Assembly (NCBI GenBank): GCA_965662265.1
Contig: CBFIGX010000007.1
Location: 34,775-98,774, forward strand
DNA: 64,000 nt
Origin: Flavobacteriales bacterium
GTDB taxonomy: Bacteria; Bacteroidota; Bacteroidia; Flavobacteriales; UBA7430
Direction of reading: 5' to 3'
Numbering within the stretch: position 1 is the first letter of the stretch; each line of letters starts with the position of its first letter. Below are positions 1 through 10,416 of the stretch, one piece after another. Below the pieces are notes generated by a model, which was not told the DNA's origin, searched no databases, and saw nothing but the letters and a program-made list of their open reading frames with translations. The translations under genes and the position numbers were made by a program.

Positions 1-239
1 CACTGAAAGCTCTCGAAATTAAAATTTCAGCCAAAGTAGCTGAAGGAGGACGTAAATTGTTTGGTTCTATTACCACAATAGATTTAGCTGCAGTTATTGA
101 CAAAGCTGGTCACGCTGTTGAGAAAAAGTACATCAGTATTATTGGTGGAACTGTAAAAGCTTTAGGTAAATATACTGCTACTATTCGCTTACACAGAGAT
201 GTTATAGTAGATTTAAGCTTTGAAGTAATTGCTGAATAA
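1..239 (+). CDS. rplI: 50S ribosomal protein L9, C-terminal part (5' end lies outside the window)
   Basis: The frame is open from the window edge to TAA at 237-239. The translation (...GSITTIDLAAVIDKAGHAVEKKYISIIGG...IRLHRDVIVDLSFEVIAE) fits the L9 C-terminal domain, and a terminator hairpin follows. Confidence 0.8.
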   Translation, partial: LKALEIKISAKVAEGGRKLFGSITTIDLAAVIDKAGHAVEKKYISIIGGTVKALGKYTATIRLHRDVIVDLSFEVIAE

Positions 240-263
240 TCAGTAATTCATTAAAATATTCAA

Positions 264-290
264 AGGCTCCTTTTTAGGAGCCTTTTTTTT
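264..290 (+). terminator. Rho-independent terminator after rplI
   Basis: GGCTCC (265-270) pairs with GGAGCC (277-282) and is followed by T8 (283-290). Confidence 0.7.
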
Positions 291-342
291 GTGGAGATAA
301 GATATATTGTCAATTGTTAATTACTGCCTTAAATGTTAATAA

Positions 343-2385
<2,043 letters not shown>

Positions 2386-2413
2386 ATAATAAGTAATAAA
2401 TCGAAATACTTTT

Positions 2414-2447
2414 AAAAAAATGCACAACATTTGTTGTGCATTTTTTT
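2414..2447. terminator. Bidirectional terminator shared by gyrB (+) and the convergent 2451-4655 gene (-)
   Basis: An A7 tract (2414-2420), the perfect hairpin TGCACAACA/TGTTGTGCA (2421-2440) and a T7 tract (2441-2447). Confidence 0.7.
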
Positions 2448-2450
2448 GCT

Positions 2451-4655
2451 TTACCTAATTAGAGTAAGGCTTCCCTTAAATGTTTTGTATTTCATTTCTA
2501 GCGTGTAAAAATAGACGCCTTCTTCAGCATCATTGCCCAACTTTTTTCCATCCCAGAATTCGGTTTTTGGATACAATGAGAAAAACATCTCCTCACCCCA
2601 TCTATTATAAATGGTTAGATTACTGTAATCACATTCTAAGAGGCCTAGCACCTTAAATTCATCGTTTATGTCATCACCATTAGGGCTAAACACATTAGGG
2701 ATGTCTATGTAGCTATAATCGTATAAGTTGTCTAGGTTAATGGTTTGCGTTAAACTATTAGAGCAATACTCATGACTTCCTATTAGGGTAATTTCATACT
2801 CACCACTTTCATTAATTTCAAAAATAGGATTTGCCTCTTGACTATAGATTTCGTTATTGAGAAACCACTGTGATTGGTTAATATCTTGACTTTCATTAAT
2901 AAAAACAATTGATTTTGAGCATAAATCGATAGAGTAGGAAAACTCAATTACAGGTGGAGGTATGTTGCCAATAGATTCAGTCAAAGTTCCAATACAACCA
3001 TTACCATCTGTTACAGTCACCGTTTGAGATCCCTCAGGTAAGTTTGTGCCGAGGGAAGAAGTAGAACTAGAATTATTCCAGTTGTATACAAATGGTGGGA
3101 TACCATTTAGTGGCTGAACAAGTATTGTTCCAATACTATCACTACAGGCATCATCTGTAGATTCTAAAACCTCAAGATTGATGGTAGGACCTTCTTGATC
3201 TACGGTCACAACCCCCTCAGTACTACAGCCTAATGCATCAGTAATAATGTATGGATAGGTGCCGGCTTGTAATCCTGAAATAGTAGGTGTTAATAACCCA
3301 AGTGATGGCCAAAAATAACTGTACGGTTGAGTTCCATTTTCGCCTTGCACTGTTGCAGTACCAATTCCTTCAGTACAATTATCAGGTGTAGATTCTGACG
3401 AAAGTGTAGTAACTGCATCAAGCGCATTAATGGTAGCTGATTCAAAATAAGAACAACCAAAGTTATCTATCACTTCAAAATCATAAGTGTAAGTTCCTTC
3501 ACTAGGGACATTTACTGTCATTTGATTTCCATCAACGTTAACAGTGGTTGCAGGGTCTCCCACCCAATTTGTTTCCACTATAGTTGGAGTAAAGCCCCAT
3601 TCTGAAGGAATTATATCTGGATTAATACTAAGTCCCCACGAAAAAATCCAACCATTATCTATGGTTAAATTGTCAACAACAGTTAATGTCCATGTCCCAT
3701 TTAATTCGGTCCCAATCAAACTGTTAAAATCTTCTATTGGCAAATAAGTATCTTCATTAAGTGAGTTGCCCGTTGTATTATTTCCCATACCTTGAGCCAT
3801 TGTTCCTTCATAGCTAGGACTCATAGACCAGCCATAGTCGTATCCTACACCCGGGTTTGTTGCTGACGCATCTCCATCTGTTGCTTCACCAAACCAGGTT
3901 CCACCACCTGCTTGTTCAAACAAGGTTATTTGTTGACCATTAGGTGCAGTAAGGAATATGTCTAAATCTCCAGTATAAGAATGTTCGATATTAATATCAA
4001 CACTTAATATATCTGCAGCATTAATTAATGTTTGTCCGGCAGAAAAACAGCTGATTTCAATATCTGTTTCGTACTCTGCACCATTTCCATCTGGTAGATA
4101 TAATGGGTCTGAAAACTCATCTTCACAGGCTGTTTCCCATGGAGTTACAGTTGTGATTGAAGAAGATACATTTGTATTAGCTAATGCAGTAACTAAGGTG
4201 TTTTGATTCGGGCAAATAATGTTAGGCTCTGCAATCACATTAATAGAAGGAGTTGTTGAAACTCTTACATATAGTGTAAGAACTTCAGTATTTGAGCAGC
4301 CTTCAACGTCTGTAATTTGTATAGTTATTTCGTTTCCACCTCCATTTGGGAAAGAATATGTTACTACTTGACCACTTTGTGGATTCATACCATTATTTAA
4401 CCAACTAAATGTAGAACTTGCATCCGACTGCTCATAGTTTGTGTTGTTTTCAGGGTAATTTCCTGATACAGAAAAAGTAATTTCTTCACCTTGACACACA
4501 TCATAATATGTAATTTCCTCACCTGTGTTTGGGTCAGTTTCGGTTGTCCCAAATACGGATACATCGTCAATAATTACTTCAATTTCTTGACATTGAGCAT
4601 AGGATTGGTTGGCGCAACAAATCAGAATAATTATAAGTAGGTATAGTTTCTTCAT
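2451..4655 (-). CDS. Secreted T9SS type-B CTD (gliding-motility C-terminal domain) protein with P-domain-like module and SprB-type repeats
   Basis: Signal peptide MKKLYLLIIILICCANQSYAQ. P-domain-like strings YTGDLDIFLTAPNGQQITLF and LNGTWTLTVVDNLTIDNGWIFSWGL. Cys-capped repeats such as CTEGIGTATVQGENGTQPYSYFW...DALGCS. C-terminus VFSPNGDDINDEF...IYNRWGEEMFFS...WDGK...GVYFY. Confidence 0.85.
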   Translation of the reverse strand: MKKLYLLIIILICCANQSYAQCQEIEVIIDDVSVFGTTETDPNTGEEITYYDVCQGEEITFSVSGNYPENNTNYEQSDASSTFSWLNNGMNPQSGQVVTYSFPNGGGNEITIQITDVEGCSNTEVLTLYVRVSTTPSINVIAEPNIICPNQNTLVTALANTNVSSSITTVTPWETACEDEFSDPLYLPDGNGAEYETDIEISCFSAGQTLINAADILSVDINIEHSYTGDLDIFLTAPNGQQITLFEQAGGGTWFGEATDGDASATNPGVGYDYGWSMSPSYEGTMAQGMGNNTTGNSLNEDTYLPIEDFNSLIGTELNGTWTLTVVDNLTIDNGWIFSWGLSINPDIIPSEWGFTPTIVETNWVGDPATTVNVDGNQMTVNVPSEGTYTYDFEVIDNFGCSYFESATINALDAVTTLSSESTPDNCTEGIGTATVQGENGTQPYSYFWPSLGLLTPTISGLQAGTYPYIITDALGCSTEGVVTVDQEGPTINLEVLESTDDACSDSIGTILVQPLNGIPPFVYNWNNSSSTSSLGTNLPEGSQTVTVTDGNGCIGTLTESIGNIPPPVIEFSYSIDLCSKSIVFINESQDINQSQWFLNNEIYSQEANPIFEINESGEYEITLIGSHEYCSNSLTQTINLDNLYDYSYIDIPNVFSPNGDDINDEFKVLGLLECDYSNLTIYNRWGEEMFFSLYPKTEFWDGKKLGNDAEEGVYFYTLEMKYKTFKGSLTLIR

Positions 4656-4664
4656 GTCTTTAAA

Positions 4665-6956
4665 TTATTTTAAAATAATAAATGACCCAATTTCTTCTTG
4701 TAATTCATTTCTGTATGTATCGAACCGCAATACAAATGTGTATGAATTAATATCTGCTGGTAATCCATTATCTTGACGAATTCCATCCCACCCTAAATCG
4801 TTATAATTATCTGAAAAATAAACTTGTTTACCCCATCTATCATAGATGAATAACTCATAGGTTGAAGCAATAACATTTTTCAATACGGGTTTGTAATAAT
4901 CATTTCGGTTGTCGCCATTAGGAGTGAAAACAGAAGGAGCCCAAATGAAGTAGTCTTCAATTGCATAGACCGTAGTTGTATATGTGTCTTGACAGTTCCC
5001 ACCGTCGGTAACTGTTAGTTGAACATTATATTCTCCTATACTATTAAAGTCATGGCTTGAGTTTTGCTGGTCAGAAAACCCTCCATCATCAAAATTCCAA
5101 CTATACTCATTAATGTAGGTTAAATCGTCAGAATATGACAAGTCGTAAAAATTTACAAAACCATCTAAATAAACAACAGTATCGGAACTCAAAGTAAACA
5201 GAGCTGTAGGTCCTGGTATATTAGTTACTTCAACTGTTTCTTGTCCAAGGCAGCCGTCAGAATCAATAATGTCTACAGTATATTCACCTTCATAAAGATT
5301 ATCTGCGAATGAGAGTTCTGAAACACCATCTTCCCAAAGGTAAGTGTAAGGTCCGTTACCATTTAGAACTGACAATTCAATGCTGCCAACGCCTTGATCA
5401 CAATGATCGTATTCAGTAGAAACATCGAATCCAAGCTCTAAAATAATATCTTGTACAACTATACTACCTTCAGTGCTGCAACCTAATCCGTCCTCTACGT
5501 TGAAGTAGTAGGTACCTGCTTCCAAATTTTCTAGTTGCTCAGAAGTATCGTCTGTATTCCAGCTAATGTTATAGGGAGGATTTCCTCCATTAAGATTCAG
5601 ATCGATAGCTCCTACTGCTCCAAGACAATAATCGTTGGTAACAACTTCATTAGTTTGGAGAGATGATGTAGCATCAATTTCAGTAGCTGCAGAATAGTCA
5701 CAACCAAAGTTATCTACAAGTGTATAATAGTAGGTGTATGTACCTTCACTATTTGGTTGAATGGTCATTAAGTTATCGTTAATATCTATTGTTGATGCTG
5801 CTGGAGCCCATCCACTTTCTGTTATTTCTGGTGTAAATCCCCACTCTGGAGGAATAATATCTGGATTAAAGTCTATCCACCATTCAAAAATCCAACCGTT
5901 ATCAGAGCCCCATGTGTCAATTATTTCAATATTCCATTCGCCATTCAAAGGGGTGTTTAGTAGGTTGTTAAACGAGTTGTTGTAAGCAGGGTATATGTTG
6001 GTTTGATTGATTGGGTCGCTCTCATTTACAGGATTTCCTAGCGTTCCTGCTGCATCTAGGTCATGCCAATTGTTGTTGGTAGAAGATGGAGACCAGCAGT
6101 AAATATATCCTGTTCCCGGAGGGTTGCTTAGAGAATCACATGAGGCATCAAAAGAATCAGTATTGTTTGGTATACCCAAATCAGTTCCTCCGAGGCCATT
6201 TCCTACGCCTGTATCGTTTTGGTCTTCTAGTAAGATAACAGTAGATCCATCTGGAGCTAAAAGATTAATTGTTAAATCACCCATAAATGTGTGTTCCATG
6301 TTTACACATATTTGTGTGAGGTCGGTTACACTGGTTAATGTTTGGCTTGGGTAGAAATTATCAAATGTTATTCCAGTTTGATAAAAACCCGGCGGACAAT
6401 TAGGGCCATCAGGAATGAATAATTCTTCTGAAAATGTATTGTTAAATTCTGCATTCCATGTAGTAGGGTCAAACACTATATTTGCGTTTACCACAGACTC
6501 TTGGCCAGGGCAAACTTCTGTAGGTTCAGCCGTAAGTGTCATTTCCGGGGTTGTAGAAACACGAATAAAAAATTTCAGAATAACATCATTTGTACAACCT
6601 TGACTATCTTCAATAGAAAGGTTTAATATGTAACCACCACCTTCTGTAAATTCTTGAGAAAATGTAGCACCATTTGTAGGATTATCTCCGTTTACTGTCC
6701 ATGTAAATGTGCTGGTTTCGTCTGATTGGTTGTAGGTTGTGTTATTTTCAGGGTATTGTCCAGAAGCCGAAATAGTTATGATTTCATTTTGACAAATATC
6801 ATAGTAGTCGTTATATACACCAGTGATAGAATCAAGAACAGTTGTTGGCGTAACAGATATGTATTCTGCTTGGGGAATGATAATCTGACAATTATCCTGT
6901 GCAAATGAGGTGCCAGTAAAAAAAATAGAAAGTGATAGTAATATGTGTTTATACAT
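4665..6956 (-). CDS. Secreted T9SS type-B CTD protein, paralog of 2451-4655, with an additional clear PKD-like unit
   Basis: Signal peptide MYKHILLSLSIFFTGTSFAQ. FMGDLTINLLAPDGSTVILL and LNGEWNIEIIDTWGSDNGWIFEWW. SprB-type repeats (CLGAVGAIDLNLNGGNPPYNISW...). PKD-like YSWNFDDGGFSD...YNVQLTVTD. C-terminus VFTPNGDNRNDYY...IYDRWGKQVYFS...WDG. It ends 9 nt upstream of the paralog's start. Confidence 0.85.
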   Translation of the reverse strand: MYKHILLSLSIFFTGTSFAQDNCQIIIPQAEYISVTPTTVLDSITGVYNDYYDICQNEIITISASGQYPENNTTYNQSDETSTFTWTVNGDNPTNGATFSQEFTEGGGYILNLSIEDSQGCTNDVILKFFIRVSTTPEMTLTAEPTEVCPGQESVVNANIVFDPTTWNAEFNNTFSEELFIPDGPNCPPGFYQTGITFDNFYPSQTLTSVTDLTQICVNMEHTFMGDLTINLLAPDGSTVILLEDQNDTGVGNGLGGTDLGIPNNTDSFDASCDSLSNPPGTGYIYCWSPSSTNNNWHDLDAAGTLGNPVNESDPINQTNIYPAYNNSFNNLLNTPLNGEWNIEIIDTWGSDNGWIFEWWIDFNPDIIPPEWGFTPEITESGWAPAASTIDINDNLMTIQPNSEGTYTYYYTLVDNFGCDYSAATEIDATSSLQTNEVVTNDYCLGAVGAIDLNLNGGNPPYNISWNTDDTSEQLENLEAGTYYFNVEDGLGCSTEGSIVVQDIILELGFDVSTEYDHCDQGVGSIELSVLNGNGPYTYLWEDGVSELSFADNLYEGEYTVDIIDSDGCLGQETVEVTNIPGPTALFTLSSDTVVYLDGFVNFYDLSYSDDLTYINEYSWNFDDGGFSDQQNSSHDFNSIGEYNVQLTVTDGGNCQDTYTTTVYAIEDYFIWAPSVFTPNGDNRNDYYKPVLKNVIASTYELFIYDRWGKQVYFSDNYNDLGWDGIRQDNGLPADINSYTFVLRFDTYRNELQEEIGSFIILK

Positions 6957-7077
6957 TTAAAAGATGTTTTTAAAGGATAAAATGTATTTATCAAAAATAA
7001 TACCACCAGGTTTCACACATGATGATGTCAATTTCCAAAGATAGTTTTTATATTTTTTTTACTGAAGATATAAATCT

Positions 7078-7085
7078 TAAATTTG
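7078..7085 (+). promoter_or_regulatory. Candidate Bacteroidota -7 promoter box (TAnnTTTG) for mdh
   Basis: TAAATTTG lies about 58 nt upstream of the mdh ATG. No clean -33 TTG was seen. Confidence 0.35.
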
Positions 7086-7142
7086 CATCTATCCAATATA
7101 GTATTGGGTAAAACTAAATTTTAAAAATTAAAATATAAAAAA

Positions 7143-8081
7143 ATGAAAGTTACAGTTGTGGGTGCTGGGGCCGTAGGAGCGAGTTGTGCGGAATACATTG
7201 CTATTAAAGATTTCGCATCTGAGGTGGTATTGGTAGATATTAAAGAGAACTATGCTGAGGGTAAGGCCATGGATTTAATGCAAACTGCCTCATTAAACGG
7301 TTTTGATACTAAAATTATTGGTAGTACAAATGATTATTCTTTTACTAAAGATAGTGATATTGCAGTGATTACAAGTGGTATTCCAAGAAAGCCCGGAATG
7401 ACCCGTGAAGAACTTATTGGTATTAATGCTGGTATTGTGAAAACGGTTTCTGAAAACTTAATTAAGTATTCACCAAATGTAATTTTGATTATCGTAAGTA
7501 ATCCAATGGATACTATGACCTATCTTGCGCACAAAGTTACAGGTCTTCCTAAGAACAGGATAATAGGTATGGGAGGTGCTTTAGATAGTGCACGATTTAA
7601 GTATCGTTTAAGTGAAGCTATGAGTTGTCCAGCATCAGACGTCGAAGGAATGGTAATCGGTGGTCATAGTGATAAAGGTATGGTGCCTTTAACCAGATTG
7701 GCCACTAGGAATAGTGTAAGGGTATCAGAGTTTTTGTCTGATAACCGACTGGAGCAAGTTGCTTCAGAGACAAAGGTGGGTGGAGCTACACTTACAAAAA
7801 TGTTAGGCACTTCTGCTTGGTATGCTCCAGGTGCTGCTGTGTCATCTCTAGTGCATTCAATTGCATGTAATCAAAAGAAAATGTTCCCTTGTTCGGCATT
7901 ATTAGAAGGCGAATATGGTTTGAAAGATTTATCGCTTGGAGTGCCAGTAATTTTAGGTAAAAATGGTGTTGAGCAAATTGTTGATATTGATTTAGATGCT
8001 GATGAATTAGACCTTCTAACCAAATCTGCTGAGGGCGTAAGAGCCACAAATTCTCTTTTAAAAGATTTAAACTTATTTTAG
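7143..8081 (+). CDS. mdh: Malate dehydrogenase (LDH-like family)
   Basis: MKVTVVGAGAVGASCAEYIA Rossmann N-terminus, GIPRKPGMTREELIGINAGIV, 312 aa. Confidence 0.95.
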   Translation: MKVTVVGAGAVGASCAEYIAIKDFASEVVLVDIKENYAEGKAMDLMQTASLNGFDTKIIGSTNDYSFTKDSDIAVITSGIPRKPGMTREELIGINAGIVKTVSENLIKYSPNVILIIVSNPMDTMTYLAHKVTGLPKNRIIGMGGALDSARFKYRLSEAMSCPASDVEGMVIGGHSDKGMVPLTRLATRNSVRVSEFLSDNRLEQVASETKVGGATLTKMLGTSAWYAPGAAVSSLVHSIACNQKKMFPCSALLEGEYGLKDLSLGVPVILGKNGVEQIVDIDLDADELDLLTKSAEGVRATNSLLKDLNLF

Positions 8082-8101
8082 ACAACTCAATAATTTAATT
8101 T

Positions 8102-8134
8102 AAAAAAACGCCTGCATCGATGTAGGCGTTTTTT
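8102..8134. terminator. Bidirectional terminator between mdh (+) and the FG-GAP gene (-)
   Basis: An A7 tract, a stem CGCCTGCA/TGTAGGCG with one G.U pair and a tcga loop, then T6. Confidence 0.65.
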
Positions 8135-8138
8135 ATTG

Positions 8139-10274
8139 CTATCTGAGGATTTCTTGTTTGTGGTAGAACACCTTGTCATTATTGTCCGTAATTTTAAAAA
8201 TATAGATACCGCTTAGTAGACTGGTAATATCAACTCTATTTGTGTTAAAATGTGTGGCAATATTTTGTCCTTTCAGGTTTGTGATAGTAATCTTTTTAAT
8301 TGGTGAATTGTGTGTTATGTTTACATAATTTGAAGCTGGATTTGGATTTGCAAACACCTTATTTGTTGATTTTGAGTGTATTAAAAGGTCATTAATCGTG
8401 TCGCTAAGATATAAATGCAGGCCTCCTGAATGGATTCCTTTTATCATGTCCAAAATACCGTCTGAGTTAATGTCATAAACAGCAATGGATGTTTTAATTC
8501 CTTGTTCTTGAGGCTCATATGTGTCAATTATCTCAGTAAATGTACCATCCACATTATTATCAATATTGTTATAATGATGCACAAAGCCTTTTTCGGTGCC
8601 CACAAATAATTCATAACCACTCTCTGTATCCACGACGATAGGTGTAGTATATGCTGTATTGTATATTGGGTCTATAAGATTTATGCCTCCTAAAGTGTCG
8701 TTCGCAATTTCGAAAATTGCCTCGTTTTGTGTTCCAATGTTTTCATAATAATATATGAGGCCTTTCCTCGATCCAACAATCAAATCGAGGTCTCCATCTC
8801 TATCCAAATCAGCCAGAAATGGACTCGCAAAACTCCCTACATCAATATCAAAATACTCTATTTCATTCATGAAAAAGCTTGTTTCACCAGCAATTTCAAT
8901 ATTCGTCATTAAGTGAAGATTCCCATCACTATCTCCGAGAATCATATCTTTATCTCCATCATTATCAATATCACCAAATGTAGGTATCAAGTTGTCTTTA
9001 AAATTAAGCGTTGCAAGATTTGCATAATCATCAGTAATCCAGGTAAGCTTTGGATTCTCTTGGGTGCCGGTATTTTCATACAATGCCAGTTGAGAGTTAA
9101 AGTTACCACCGTCAATAGAATAGCCAAAATTTGCCACAATAAGATCCATCAAGCTGTCATTATTATAATCAAATAAAACAGGGTGTGCGCCAGAGCCTAC
9201 TTCAATCATCTGATCTGCTAAAAAGTTTTTTTGCTGCAGAACCAAGTTTACTTCAGTATCTGATGTGTTTTTATAAAACCAGGTATTATTATAATTAAAG
9301 GATACATTATTCCCATTTGGTGACACAATAAGATCTTTTTGGTTATCATTGTCAACATCAATATAATAGGCCGCTGGAAATTTTGGGATGCTTATACTTT
9401 GGTCGTATGAAGGGAAGTTTTCATCTTGGTCAATCATCACAGCAGAGTTAATTTCTGCACTATTCTCTAGCATTACCATGTTGTCAAACGTAATATCTCC
9501 TAGAAGTAGTTCGTAGTAGCTGTCGCCATTAAGATCTATGGCCGTTACAGTTGAGCCTGAATGCTTAGAGTGAGATTTATTGCAGTCGTTTAAAGTTACA
9601 GAGTTGTTAGAGAAGTTTTCGCTGAAATCTCCCCAACAGTTGTCTGTCATTTCTATTTGTATGCTGTCGCAGCTGAAACCATTCTCGTAAGACATGTTTT
9701 TGTGTAACTCTACATTCGACCCTATTACAGTAAATGTGAGTATGTCTAAATCTCCATCCGAATCTAAATCGCCAATATGAGGGATGTCTACAGAGCTTAC
9801 ATATAGGTTAGTTGGCCCTTCCCCTCTGTTTGTAGTTATAGTTCCAATTTCCTCGAAGCTTAAATCATTACCAATACTAGTATTCTTGTATAGTTTGATA
9901 GCCCCATTATAGGAGGTGAACAAATCTTCTTTATCATCACAATTGTAGTCTCTAAGTAGAGCCCAACCTTCAAGGCTAGGGAAAGCGTCATGGTATTTTG
10001 GACTATAATGGTAATCGATAACATCATTAGTACCATTATTAATAAAGCAGCTTATTTGATTTCCGTTTTTATCAAAAATGAACAAATCTAAAATGCCGTC
10101 TTGATTTAGGTCAATACTTGAATATTGGGGAACATTTAACCCTCCAGCCCATGGGTTGGTTAACTCAATGTCATCTTTTGAAACTATTATATTTTGCGAT
10201 TGGTTGAAATCTTGTTGAGCAATACAAAACAGGGGATGCAACGTAAGGCTAATAAAGGTTAAAAGTTTGTTCAT
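8139..10274 (-). CDS. FG-GAP/VCBS-repeat protein with T9SS type-A C-terminal sorting domain
   Basis: Repeated DLDSDGDLDIL, DIDNDGDKDMILGDSDGNLHL and DLDRDGDLDLIVGS loops. The C-terminus VFANPNPASNYVNI...ITNLKGQNI...LLSGIYIFKI is Por/T9SS CTD-like. Start set at ATG 10274 (MNKLLTFISLTLHPLFCIAQQ signal peptide) rather than 10307. Confidence 0.85.
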   Translation of the reverse strand: MNKLLTFISLTLHPLFCIAQQDFNQSQNIIVSKDDIELTNPWAGGLNVPQYSSIDLNQDGILDLFIFDKNGNQISCFINNGTNDVIDYHYSPKYHDAFPSLEGWALLRDYNCDDKEDLFTSYNGAIKLYKNTSIGNDLSFEEIGTITTNRGEGPTNLYVSSVDIPHIGDLDSDGDLDILTFTVIGSNVELHKNMSYENGFSCDSIQIEMTDNCWGDFSENFSNNSVTLNDCNKSHSKHSGSTVTAIDLNGDSYYELLLGDITFDNMVMLENSAEINSAVMIDQDENFPSYDQSISIPKFPAAYYIDVDNDNQKDLIVSPNGNNVSFNYNNTWFYKNTSDTEVNLVLQQKNFLADQMIEVGSGAHPVLFDYNNDSLMDLIVANFGYSIDGGNFNSQLALYENTGTQENPKLTWITDDYANLATLNFKDNLIPTFGDIDNDGDKDMILGDSDGNLHLMTNIEIAGETSFFMNEIEYFDIDVGSFASPFLADLDRDGDLDLIVGSRKGLIYYYENIGTQNEAIFEIANDTLGGINLIDPIYNTAYTTPIVVDTESGYELFVGTEKGFVHHYNNIDNNVDGTFTEIIDTYEPQEQGIKTSIAVYDINSDGILDMIKGIHSGGLHLYLSDTINDLLIHSKSTNKVFANPNPASNYVNITHNSPIKKITITNLKGQNIATHFNTNRVDITSLLSGIYIFKITDNNDKVFYHKQEILR

Positions 10275-10351
10275 TTTTAAGTCTAATAAGTTTGCTAAAC
10301 CCAACATACAACAATTATGCCTATTGCTTTATAATAATAGCATCAAATAAG

Positions 10352-10382
10352 TTGGGAAATTTTTATCGAAAGTTTATATTTG
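10352..10382 (+). promoter_or_regulatory. Candidate promoter for secDF (-33 TTG and -7 TATATTTG)
   Basis: TTG at 10352-10354, a 20-nt spacer, then TATATTTG at 10375-10382, which is 35 nt before the ATG. Confidence 0.4.
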
Positions 10383-10416
10383 TCAGCCCTTAAAACATAG
10401 ACTCTAAAACAAATAG

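Noticed and set aside
3544-3747. A plus-strand ORF that resembles another plus-strand ORF at 5761-5985 (GVKPHSEGIISGL... vs GVNPHSGGIISGL...)
   Set aside because: The similarity is a by-product of the paralogy of the two minus-strand T9SS cargo genes they overlap. It is not evidence of independent coding.
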